NCBI GenBank assembly: GCA_973895155.1
Contig: OZ316899.1
Span: 3,555,455-3,619,454 of the forward strand
Source of the DNA: Marsupella aquatica
Taxonomy: Eukaryota > Plantae > Marchantiophyta
DNA: 64,000 nucleotides
Direction of reading: 5' to 3'
A program made the translations under genes and the position numbers. Below the pieces are notes generated by a model. That model was not told where the DNA came from. It saw nothing but the letters and a program-made list of their open reading frames with translations, and did no database searches. How positions within the stretch are numbered: position 1 is the stretch's first letter; the number at the start of each line of letters is the position of its first letter. Of the stretch, positions 48,766-60,899 are shown in pieces.

Positions 48766-51700
48766 TCACTCATTAACCGCTGTACCGGCGGCGTCACATA
48801 GCTCCCTGCTTAATTGTGAAGCGTCCTCGCGAACATCACTCACGGCGTCGTCATCTTGATGGTGGTACTTTTTTACACGATCGTAGCTGATTCGCGTGGG
48901 GAGTAAATCGCCGGCATACGTTGCAAGCTCCAAAGATCCGTTACGGTAGATCTGATTGACAAGGAAGGGCCCTAACCACCGGGTATGAAGCTTCCCTGGA
49001 AACTGCATGTACCTACTATCGTACAGAAGGACTAGATCGCCTGCCACGACGTCGACCCTCCGTAGTCCTTTGTCGTGCTGCTTCTTCGAAGTTGCCCGTT
49101 TCTTCACGACGTGTCGAGCTGCTAGTAGCCGTGCTTCTTCTAGGGCTTCAATCTGATAAGCTCGGTCTGACAAACTTTCAGGTTCGGGTAAGCGATCCCG
49201 AATGCTGACTCGTGGAGTGTGTACTTCAAACTCGACGGGTACCAACGAATGTTGGCCGAACACGAGAAAGTACGGGCTGTGACTCGTAGTACTTTTGTAA
49301 GCGAGATTATACGAGTACACCGCTGCGTACAACTTATCATCCCAATCCATTTTGTGCGCCGCTACCGTCTTGTTGAGGATTTTCCCAATGATACCATTGG
49401 CTCTCTCTGTCATCCCGTTGGCCTTAGGATGATACGGGGTAGTCTTGCGGTGCTTGACTAGGTAACGCTCCGTAAGCTGGGCTACGGTGTCATTGAGGAA
49501 GTGGGTTCCACGGTCGCTTACCAATTCTAAGGGTGAGCCAAATCGGGTGAAAATCTGTTCATATAAGAACCTGGCGCTGGTTGCGGCGTCGTCCTTCACC
49601 GTAGCCCGTGCTTCGACCCACTTGGTGGAGTAATCAATAGCTAGCAGGATGTACCTGCATCTTTGTCTTCGGGTAATGGGAGTAAATGGCCCGATTAAAT
49701 CAATACCCCACTTTTCGAACGGTGCTAATGGAAGTACGGACGTGAGAGGGTGATGATGAGCTCATCTCGGGGCCCCAGCCCGTTGACACAGGTCACAGCC
49801 CTTGATGAAGCGTTGTACATCCCGATGCAACGTAGGCCACCAATATCCGGAGTCCAGAATCTTTTGGGCTGATGTGATAGCCGCGAAATGGCCTCCAGCT
49901 TCTTCTTCATGCAAGGCCCGCATCACGATAAGCGTCTCCTTATACTCCAAGCAGCGTCGTAACTTCCCATTAACTCCTTCCTTATGTAGGTGACCCTGTA
50001 CCATGACGTAAGGCCCGGCTTTCCGTAGAAACACAGCGGCGGCTTCCTGATTGATGCCGTCAGGGATGCGACCTGTCAAGAGGAAGGTGATAATTGAGCC
50101 GTACCACGTTGGCGTCCCCGCCCCTACGTGGAACAACTCCTCATCCGGAAAAATATCATCAATTGGCTGATCGACTGGTACGCCGTCCAGCCTTGAAAAG
50201 AAGTCGGCATTGAGGTGTGCCTTTCCGGGCCGAACCCGAACTTCGTAGTTAAATTCCTGGAGAAGTAGCACCCACCGGGCTATCCGTCCCGTCACGTCCA
50301 CTTTGTTGACCATGTACTTCAGGCTATCATGATCCGTGTGGAATATGACCTTGTAGCCTAGCAGATAGTGTCGGAACTTTTTACACGAGTAGATTATTCC
50401 CAGGCTTCTCAATCAGTGGGGGAATAATTCTTTTCGGCTGTGAATAATTGATGGCTAGCAAAGTAGATGGGGTGGTCGCGTCCGTTCTCATCAAGCTGAC
50501 TGAGCACGGATCCAATACAGAACCCTGACACATCGACATACACGTGGAACTCCTTATTCCAGTCCGGAGTGACCATGATAGGTGCGGTGGTGAGTCTTTT
50601 ACGGAGTTCTTCGAAAGCAATCCGTCTCCTGGGTGTCTCCTCGATCACCGCATCCTTTTTCATCATCTCAGTCAAGGGCAGCGCTATTTTAGCAAAGTCT
50701 TTAATAAACCGATGGTAATACCCTACACAGCCCAAGAAGGATCGTACCACTTTTTGATCTACGGGAAACACCACCGCCATCCAGGCCACGACCTTCTCTT
50801 GGTCCACCTCGATACCCCGTTTGGACACACAATGCCCGAGTAATACTCCCTCCTCTACCCTGAAAAAACATTTAGCGGGATGTAGTTTAAGGTTAACCTC
50901 TCGGCATCGTTGGAACGTACGTCTTAGGTGTTCGGGGTGCATGGCGACAGTTCCAAAGATGGCAAAGTCGTCGATAAATATCTCTAGAAATTCCCGTAGG
51001 AAGTCATGGAAGATATTCATCATGAGTCGCTGAAACATGGCCGGAGCGTTACACAATCCGAACGGCATTCTCCGAAATGCGAAAGTCCCCCATTCCGTAG
51101 TGAACGTTGTTTTGAGCTGATCCGAGAGGCGAATCCAGATTTGGTTATAACCCAAATACCCGTCAAGGAATGTATAAATTTCATTTTGGGCTACCATATC
51201 TAGAACCATATCCGTGAATGGTAACGGGTAATGGTCTTTTCGGGTTGCGTCGTTCAGCTTACGATAGTCCTGACAAATCCGGATCTTAGGTTTTCCGTCC
51301 GTTCCTCCTTTTTTCGGTACAATGACGATGGGAGAGACCCAGTCGCTGGCCATTACCGGGTAGATGATATCTGCGGCGAGGAGATGATCAATTTCCTCCT
51401 TCACTAAGATGGAGTACCTTGGGTTCATGCGATGTTGTCGTTGCCGTACTGCATGGGCCCCCAGATTCAAATCGATCGTGTGTTCTCCTAACTCGGGGGA
51501 GACTCCTGTTAAATCGTGATGGCTCCATGCAAACACATCTTCATATTCCTTGAGCAAAGCTTGGATGGATTTTTCAGCCTCCCCTGTCAGAGCGTGGCCC
51601 AGGTTAAAAGATTTGTCCATCCCAATGGTGTACTTCCGGTAGTGCTCCTTCCTGATGACTTCAACCTGGTTTCGCAGGCTCGGGTCCAGGCTCGCATCAA

Positions 51701-54700
51701 GCTCAGCTAACCAAACTCCTCCGTACATGGGTGGAACCGGGATTGGTCTCGGGATTGGAGTTACTTCCTCCAATTGCGGAATGGACGGATCCCATGAGAC
51801 TCGTTTCTTATGTCTCGGTCTCGAGTTTTCGGCCTCGGGCGGTTGTTGGGCTGGTTCGTGGTCACGAGGCTCTGTAACGGTAGAAGCAGCCTCGGCTCCC
51901 TGCTTAGCTGGAGCCGTGTCCTCCGTCTCGACGAGTTGTTCATGCGTTTCCTCATCCCCGACAGTAGATGTGCTTGGGGTGGACTCAATGGCAGCCCTCG
52001 GGTAATTTAGGAGATATGTTTCGTGGGTTGCTTCAACTCCGAAGACATCTTCCTCGGACAGGGACGAGATGAGTTCAATCATATTGAGTTCCTCTTCCTC
52101 TGAGGTCTCCGAATCATATTCCTTGGGTCCTTGTGGGGTTTCTCCATGATAATCGTCCATTGCCCATGATACCCGTATGGTGGGTGTCCCGAACCGTAGC
52201 TCCTTCTTTCCCCAATCCGTGACCACACGGCCACCGTACAACCACGGTCTGCCTAGGAGGACCGGATAAGAGGAGAGCCGAACCGGCCTCATGACTAGGA
52301 AGTTGAGATAGAACTCCACCCCTCCTACCAGAGTGAGTACCCGTGTAAGCGTGCCCAATGGAAGTACCCTTGCCCCGTTTGCTAATCTGATAGCTCGGGC
52401 TGTGGGTTGATACGTGAGGTATCCTAACTTGACTGACGTCTCTTCCGTCATGATGTTGACTCCCGCTCCTCCGTCTACGAGAACCATCCTGATGGTACAA
52501 TTATTAATTTCAATCGAGATGTCCGGCGCTCCCAGGTCCTCGCATATCATGTTGCAATCCGCGGTCCCAACTTGGGGTAGTCGTCTCCGTCGTCGACCCG
52601 TAAGCAACTCCCTCAGTTGCCGTCTGTACTATGGATTGTTTTGCAGCAGTTGTCCTACCGTTGCTGTAACCGGGCAACTCTTCACGTCCTCCTTAATATC
52701 ATAGTCCTCCTTCTTTTCTTCCTTCGGCTGCTACTTGGCTTCCTCTTGCTTATCTTGCTTTTCTTGCTCCTGTCGCCAGGCTGTCTCGGCTGCTTTGATG
52801 TCCTTATCGATTGCCTTCTGGTATTCCCGAGCTTCGTAGGCCTCCAGCTGTTTCTTTACCAATTCTTCGATGCGGGGGAAAAATAGCTTCGGGTCGTCCC
52901 GTCGGTAGTCATCGTCCTTCTCCGGGGGTATATCTATCGCTGGCTGCACCGGAGTAGTATCTTGCTTTTTCCTGCGTTTCTCCTCCTGCTTCTCTTCCTT
53001 CCGTTCAGCTCTTGTTGACACACGATAGCACTCAGCCTCGTCAGATGGATTAGGGTGTTCCGCCACGTCCACCAGATTCACCCACTCGGTATTGTCATCC
53101 TGCCATTCCACCGCAATCATTTGGACGACCGCATCACTCGTGGTCGGTCCGCCCTGGGCTGGTCTTGCTGCATTTGTTCGAGCGGCCATGACCAATGGAC
53201 AGTTGGCCGAGGAATGAGCTTCCGTTTTGCAGACTTGACAAAGTGGCGTGCCACGGCCATCCCCCTGGCGTCTTGGTTTGGTGCATTCCCTCGCAAAGTG
53301 TCCTGGCTTTTCACAGTTATAACAAACCGGGGATCGCCAAATCCCTGGCTTAGGAGGGATGCTCGGGTTACTGATAACCTGGAAACTCCGGCCATTGTTT
53401 GGGTAGGGGTACGCAGTTCTACCCGCTAAATTACGCGGACCTACCGTTGAAATCTGGTACACGGAATCAGGAGGGTCCTCAAAGAAATACTCCGTGGACT
53501 CCGATTCGGGACCCGGGTTGTCAACATCATCCAGCTCTACTTGGTGAACTCGGTTCTTCCACCTTGGGCATTCCTGCACCACATGGCCGGATTGGAAGCA
53601 CTTTGAACACCACGCATGGGCTTGAATCTCAGATGGCTTCTTCTTCTCCACCCGCTTTTCCGCAAGATGTACTGACAGTGCTTTGAGTCAATCCGTGATT
53701 TCGTTCAGCTTGTCTACTTCGGCAGCCTTTGGATCTGGTATCGTTCTTCACGCCCGGGGTTTGATCTTCCCCTCCTTCTTCACTCATCTCTTCTTCTTTT
53801 TGCTCTGGCTTTCGCTCTCCGAGTCACTTCCTGATGAACTGGAGGTAGAGGATCCGATCCTTGAAGCTGAATCCGAACTGGATTCTATCTCCGAGCTGGA
53901 CGAGGTCGAACGATGTTTCTTCTTCTTCTTGCGTTTCTTCTTCCTCTCGTCGTCCAATTTGGAGTCACTGTCACTGAAGATCTCGTACTTACCCTTCTTG
54001 CGGCGTGCTCGCTGGCTCCGCCGGGAGTTATAGGTGGACTCTCGGTAAGTTTTGGCGCACGCTATGGCCGCCTGCATTGAAATTGGATTATTCTGGCGTA
54101 CCCAGAATTGCATATTCGTGGGCAAACCATGAAGGAACCATGTGAGCTGGAGCGCGTCTCCCGGCCTGGGCCGGATCTTGGCCGCAAGTTTCTGAAACTT
54201 CTGAATGAACTTCCTCAGGGACTCCTTCTTTCCCATGCGAAGCTGGCCAATCTTTAATAGAGAACGCTGTTCTGATCCAATGGCACGAAACTCCTGCAGC
54301 AATGCAGCTTTGGAATTGTGCCCATGTCATCCCGGGTGGCAACGAGTTGTACCATGGACGAGCTTCTCCCCGCATCACTCCCGGGAGGACGGTTAGCTTA
54401 ATGGCGCCTTCCCCATTAGCTTTAGCAGTGGCTTCAAACTCATCCAACCATTCATCCGGATCATCCCCATGACGCCCCTTGAAAGGTCGATAATGAAATC
54501 GCGATCGTTGCGATATTTGCGGAGGAGCTTGAGCAACGCGGGCCATCGGTGGAGCGGCTGCCATAGGTGGTGGTGGAGGTGGCGGTGGTGGTGGTGGTGG
54601 CGGAGGAACCGCAGCAGGACCGGTCGAACCGGACCCCAAAGGTCCCGGGGGTATGTTCATACGTCGGGGCGATTGCGAGTCCTCCGAGCCCAAAGAATTG

Positions 54701-54777
54701 AAACTTGTCGTGGTTGCACTTTCTCGTTCGCTGGTCAATCTCCTCAAGTAAGCTGCTTGAGAACGAGTGACGGGCAT
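48766..54777 (-). pseudogene. gag-pol of gypsy copy 2, with frameshifts and stops
   Basis: ORF pieces 54088-54777, 53784-54302, 52731-53651, 50409-52607, 49762-50412, 48766-49599 carry the same motifs as copy 1. Confidence 0.95.
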
Positions 54778-54975
54778 TTACTCATATAAATGCGATGGTT
54801 AGTACTACATCCTAATGTATCCTGCCTAGGTGAATACGCACATGTCTCCCCTCTACGATATGTAGAGTGCCCCCTCTGTCAGCTCACTTTATTTTCTACG
54901 CGAGTGTCGTGCAGATGTTTGACATATTTCTCCTTGTCTTCTAGGAGTTCGCTCTATTTATTTCCGTTTTGACAG

Positions 54976-55773
54976 GCTTCGGATTGAAACTCCAACGGTC
55001 GCAAAACTTGAGAATATTTTGGCGACTGTGGATTCATGGTCTTTTGAATTGCAACCAGTCAAAGGCAACTACCGTTTGATCGTGAGGGGAGTTAAAACAG
55101 AAAATGGACGAAGAAACTTTGTGAGTTTTGGCACTCTCGCAGACTGTACGAGATTTGCGTCCCTAAAGGACAACCCATCTCTTCTGCTAACATTGGAGTC
55201 TAAGAGTTCTTGGAATTTCAAGCAGATGGTTGCTCCACTTCATGGGTTTTGCTCAGCACATTGTCTTGAACCTTACAACCAGGACACAAATGTTGTCTCA
55301 TGCGATTTCTTTGATCCTTTGGCGGATAGATGGGTCTCACCTGATCGGGTCTTTACGGCTGATGAAATAATTCTGGGGCTTGGACGGGTCTCCTATGTCA
55401 TGAAGCAGTCGGAATATTTTATCTCTTGGACACGAGAGGTGGATCACAAATGCGGATGAAGATCCCAGACGATGACTAGAGGAGAAAGATGACTATTTCT
55501 CTGAATGTTGTGTTCATGAAACATTTCACTGAGACAAAGGTGGAGGAATGGATTCGAGGGCATCCAGTAATCCAAGACTTGGTACGCCCAAAGAAGAAAG
55601 AAGCTGGTGGAAAAGAGATTGACGATGATGATGGGGAGGGAAAGGATGAGGATGACTCCTCCGACGATGACTCCTCCGCCTCTGGAGAGAGCAAGTCCCA
55701 TGAAACTATATCAGTCTATGAGTCAGAAAATGAGGATGACGGAGAGGAGGGAAGTGTCCAAGAAGAGAGCTAG
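54976..55773 (+). pseudogene. Unidentified gene fragment (exon after a ttttgacag acceptor) with an acidic C-terminal tail
   Basis: ORFs 55019-55459 and 55489-55773 are protein-like and separated by a frameshift; no domain recognised. Confidence 0.45.
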
Positions 55774-55799
55774 AAGACTTTTCAGAATCAGGCGGGGTC

Positions 55800-56099
55800 T
55801 GTCGTGCGCATACACATCGCTACACAACATACATCGCTTGTCACATACATCCAAACATAGTCACACTGCCACATTACAAACACAAGAGAATGAAATACAA
55901 GTGGAACTCATGTCCACACATGTCCAAAACTCATAATCTCAATACAATCGGCACAATGATCCCGGTCAACAATACCCCATCGATCCCGCACCAATCCGAT
56001 CACACACGTATGTCAAGCCAATGCACCTTGCACTACTCAAGGAATCCACGTTACACAATCGGAGCTCATACTCATGTCCACACATGTCCAAAACCCACA
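55800..56099 (-). repeat. Probable 300-bp 3' LTR of the DNMT-gypsy
   Basis: TG...CA boundaries; minus strand AGGGGGCGAT (PPT) directly before TGTGGG. No matching 5' LTR was found in the window. Confidence 0.5.
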
Positions 56100-56277
56100 A
56101 TCGCCCCCCTAGCTGGGAGTAAGGTCCCCTACCTCTAGCTAGCCATGAGTTCTACAAGGTTGATATACACCTTTTTAGGTGTGAAGATCAGGAGGTCGGG
56201 TGCAAGTGAGCCCCATCAATCACCTACCTACAATCCATATCTGCCAAGAGAACACAAATGATAACTAGTCAGCTTCA

Positions 56278-56415
56278 CCGACACTGAGGACACAACCATG
56301 ATCCACTAGGAATCACCTGCAATGGTGGTGTCAAACATGACATGTGCCATCCTCTAGAACACTTATCACAAATCAACATAGTAGCTTCTCCCTCAGCAGA
56401 TCCACACAACATACA
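56278..56415 (-). CDS. PHD finger at the C-terminus of integrase
   Basis: CMLCGSAEGEATMLICDKCSRGWHMSCLTPPLQVIPSGSWLCPQC gives the C4HC3 pattern. Confidence 0.9.
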
Positions 56416-59394
56416 TTTCAAGCCAGCATGAACATGTGCCAAGCTTGGATCTACTGTACCATTAATGTTGGGAAGGTGACATGGTGCACAGTTGCGCACA
56501 TGATCCTTCCAAACCATACCATCGCGTCCCTCCAACATTAGGACACCAGAAGGCAACAATTCACGCACACGTAAGATTGTCCGACTTGTGGTCACATCAA
56601 GTGTTGTGGGTGTTGTCTGCTGCAAATAAACATAATCACCAGGATGAAATCGTCGAATGCTTGCATGGTAACCTCCTCCACGAATAGTGGCATACCTCAA
56701 AGTACACAATATTGGGCAATGGCAAGGTTGTCAAAAGCCATGGGCATCACTCTCTGAAATACCCGTGCTCTCTCTGAACACACCTTGACCCAAACATCAG
56801 GATCATCCAACTTCACAACTGGTGCAGCATCACGACAAATAGCTGCTGGCAAATCTGGCTCTCTACCATAGAGCAAAAAGTAAGGTGAGAAGGATGCAAG
56901 TGATGTTTGCCGACTGAAACGGTAGCCCATAGCTAACCAAGGTAGTTGGAGATCCCAATCTCCCAGATGACCAACCTGCAAGCCATACTTACGCAATCCT
57001 CTCTTCACAATTTGCACAACTCTCTCAGCTAATCCATCTGCCTCAGGATGATCACGAGAGGTAGTACGATGATCAATCAGAGCTTGTTCACACAAACTCT
57101 CAAACTCTCCATGGAACTTAGTTCCCTGATCAGTCAACACCTCAGCTGGTGCTCCAAAATGACTGAGTACATGATCCAAAAATGTAGCAGCAACTCCTCC
57201 ACTGGCTTTATCTGGCAACGCCACTAGCTCAATCCACTTGGAGAAGTGCTCCACCATGACCAAAACATACCGATTATGACGTTGGGTAAGAGGTAATGGA
57301 CCAGCAAAATCCAAACTCCAACGATATCCCAAACCCATGATCGGCGACAAGTGCAATTGGGGAGTGGGAGCATTAAATGATGCTCTCACTCTATCACATA
57401 CCACACACTTAGCTATCAACTGCTGGACATGAATGTGCATACCACGCCACCAATACTGTGTCTACAGCAAGCTATAAGTGCGCTTCACACCAAAGTGACC
57501 CAACTCCTCATGTGCATGTCGCACCAAATGTACTCGTTGTGATGGTTTTGGTACCACCAACACCCTACCATCATGTAGTACTCTCAAAAGATGGTTTCCC
57601 TCCCATCGAAAACTCTTGGCTCTCTGTAGAACCCTGTCACGTTCTTTGGCATCAACATTGCCAACAATAGAACCACTGCGCAAATATTCCAACACTCTCA
57701 CATCATTGTGAATATCTTGCTATCCAGCAGTTACCTCACCAACATCCACATCTGAAGACTCATCATCCACTCCATCCAATGAGGTAGAGTCCACAGATCC
57801 ACTGTATGCTGGCACCCAACAAAGAAAGGCAGATGCATGCCATCCTGGCACCATCTCCTTATCTGACTCATCATGCCATCTGGCTCCAGTCTCATCTTAC
57901 TGACTGGTACGTGGATTGTGGCTTAATCCATCTGCATCCAAGTTCACTTTTCCGGGCCTATGCACCACCTAGAAATCATATTCCTATAACAACAATGCCC
58001 ATCATGCAAGCTTCCCTGTAAGCTTGTCAGACTCCATTAACCACTTAAGAGGCTGATGATCAGTGATCAAGGTGAAGGGGTTACCAAACAAGTAGCAACA
58101 AAAATGTGCAAAAGCCCACACTGCTGCCAAACACTCTCCCTCATAAGAGCTATACTTAGCCTCTGCTGAATTGTTTGATCTACTGGCATAAGCCACAACA
58201 AACTCATTCCCCTCATCATCCTTTTGAGTCAGCACTGCTTCAAGTCCTACTCCACTCCAATCAGTGTGTAGCTGAAATGGTCTGCCTGAAATGGGTCTTT
58301 TCAAAATAGGGGATGATGCCAACCTTTGCTTCAACTCTTGAAAGGCATGCTCCTGGTCATCACCCCAAATCCATTCCTGATCCAACTTAGTGAGTATGGT
58401 CAAAGGTTTAGCAAGCTGGCTAAATCCTTTAACATACCTCCTGTAGTAGCTCGCCAATCCCAAGAATGCACGAACTCTACTCACATCAGTAGGACAAGGA
58501 ATCTGTGTAATGGCCTCCACTTTAGTCTGCTGTACACCCAATCCCCCTGGGTATATAGTGTGGCCCAAATACTCAAATCTGGTCTTGGAAGAACTTACAC
58601 TTGCTAGGATAGAGCTTCAACCCATGTGCTCTCAATCTCTCCAACACAGTCTGCAAGTGCTGCTGATGTTCTTCCACATTAGAATAATAGACCAAAATAT
58701 CATCAATATAACATCTGACAAAATCCAAACCTGCAAGGATTCGATCCATGACTCTCTGGAACTCAGCTGGTGCATTCTTCAACCCAAATGGTAAGAATAA
58801 CCACTGATACAAACGATCTTTGCCATAAGAATCAATCCCCCAAAATGCTGTCTTGGACCTGTCAGCATGCCTAATTGGAAGCTGATGGTACCTTGCCCTC
58901 AGATCCAATGAACTGAAAACCTTTGCATGCCCCATAGCATCAAAGATCTCCTCAGGTGTGGGCATGGCATATCTATCAGATTTTGTCTAGCGATTAATGG
59001 GTCTGTAATCACCACACATGCGCCTATCTGTGTAATTGCCATGCACATCCTTCTTGGCTGGCATCACTGTGGTAGATGCATACTCCCCATATGAAATCTC
59101 CACCAATCCAGCCTCCAACAAATCTTGAGTTCTGCTTTGAATCAAAGCTCTCTCCATGTCACTATAACGGTATGGCCTACAAAAGATTGGCGCATCACTA
59201 GCCAATTCAATCTGAATACCAGGACCCTTTAATGCCCCCAAATCTTTCATGCTAAATGCAAAACAATTCCAGTAACTTTTCAGGAATCGATGCATGCGAC
59301 GTCTCTCCTCCCCTATCAACTTAGGGCCAAGCTGTGGTTCCCAACTCTCCACCAAATCCCTAATATCTCTTTGTAGGGTAGAAGAGATAGCCAA
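56416..59394 (-). pseudogene. RT-RNase H-integrase of the DNMT-gypsy, with stops and frameshifts
   Basis: ORF pieces 58987-59394, 58573-58965, 58002-58568, 57462-57701, 56697-57440, 56275-56709. Confidence 0.92.
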
Positions 59395-59439
59395 TGATTG
59401 CTATTTAGCAATAGATTGAGCAATCCCTTCCTGCTCAAC

Positions 59440-60545
59440 AATCTGTCCAGCCTTGGCCAATCCTGCCATAGGTCCATGGATTGTCTGCTCGCCCCCAGCT
59501 GTGGTCAGTACTGTCTTAGTGGACCGCAAGCTCACCAAGGGACAATCAGTAATTCCAGCAGAGCGCATCCACAACTGTTCAGCTACTCCCAAGCTGATAA
59601 TCAAAGTCAAACAATTCAGGTCCATTGCTTGACCAAGAACCTGGCGCCGCAAACCCTCTGACACAGAGGCAACTGCAGTGGTGCCAGTCAAAAATCCCAT
59701 AGCATGCTCTCTCTCATCAGCAGTAGGTTCCACTAACTACTGGAGAGTTGTGTTCCACACAAGTCTAGGGCCACCTGCTTTGAATGCATATGAAGTAGAG
59801 TGGCTTACAAGAGTGGGTAATGCACAACGTGGGCACCCAACTGCATTGACCATTGCCAATGGAGGTCTATCAGGTTGGGTCACACCCTATGCACGACGCC
59901 CTGGATCCAAAATATCATCCACCACTAAGGCTGGTGAGCGTGGAATGCTATCAAATGCGCGCTTCAACACCTCACATGGGATCAAATTAGTCCACCACAA
60001 GCATGGACGATGTGCACGAGAACCCACACGTGCAACATCCAATAACACAGCAGGTCCAATCCAAGACCTCACCTGGTGAACACTGGCAAAAATCCGACTA
60101 CGATCATCACCTAACAATGGCACATTCTCCAAAATGTATGTTGGAGACTATGTCTGATGTAGTTGGAGATGACGCAGCACCCGTAACATCTCCCAAAACA
60201 ATGCAGAGCGTGGATCATGAAGTCCATGCCCAACGCCAGCTCTAGATTGGCCCTGACATGGCCAACTAGCAATCACCAAATCAATGGGGCCAACACGATG
60301 CAGATGATCTGCCCCCAGCAATGAAATATCAGCAGGTAGTGCATGCTAATAACCACGAACAACATCCACTGGCAGTAACTGTGGATATCTATCCACCAAC
60401 ATAGCCACATGTCACAATGAGACCCTCCATGCTGTCTCATCTGACTCCACATACAAATAACGACGCATAGGAATTCCTGCCTGAAGAACAACAGCCAATC
60501 CAGTGCTAATCCCACCAAAAAGATCCAACAAACAAATACCCTCTG
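59440..60545 (-). pseudogene. C5-cytosine DNA methyltransferase domain (DNMT3/DRM-like) inside pol, in frame with RT
   Basis: Motif I LDLFGGIS, II YVESD, IV GPIDLVIASWPCQG (60253-60261 = PCQ), GLHDPRSALF, VI ILENV, VIII RAHRPCLWWTN, IX-X EREHAMGF...RRQVLGQAMD. One frame with internal stops. Confidence 0.92.
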
Positions 60546-60899
60546 GTGGATACTGCCAAGCAATAGGAGTGGTATCCAATGGTGAAAGAGTCACAGGTCC
60601 ATCTGCAAGAGACTGCTCTACTCTTGACTGTCGTGTAAAAGCATGACGCCATGCATCATGTACCAATCGTGCTGCTGTCTTTGGCAAGGCCTGTGCAGTG
60701 CCCCACACTGGTGGCACAACACTGCCAATAGGTAATCCTCGCATGATGTGCTCCTTATGAGACTCCTCCAATGGTGGAACATCTGCTGGATGCGCATTAC
60801 CCTCAATCAAATCATCAGGTCCAGCAATTAGACCACTGAATGCTGCCAAAGACAATGGTGTGGATTTAGGGCCTCCCAGGTCTATATGACACTGATTCC

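Larger units (their letters stand above)
45956..54873 (-). mobile_element. Ty3/gypsy copy 2 (same family as copy 1); truncated 3' LTR 45956-48798, 5' LTR and PBS missing
   Basis: Very high similarity to 1-6212; similarity ends at GTAGAGTGCCCC (~54873). Confidence 0.95.

Noticed and set aside
45956-54873. Gypsy copy 2 or Sola copy 2 as assembly duplications
   Set aside because: They differ from copy 1 by many substitutions, distinct stops and indels, and different junctions.
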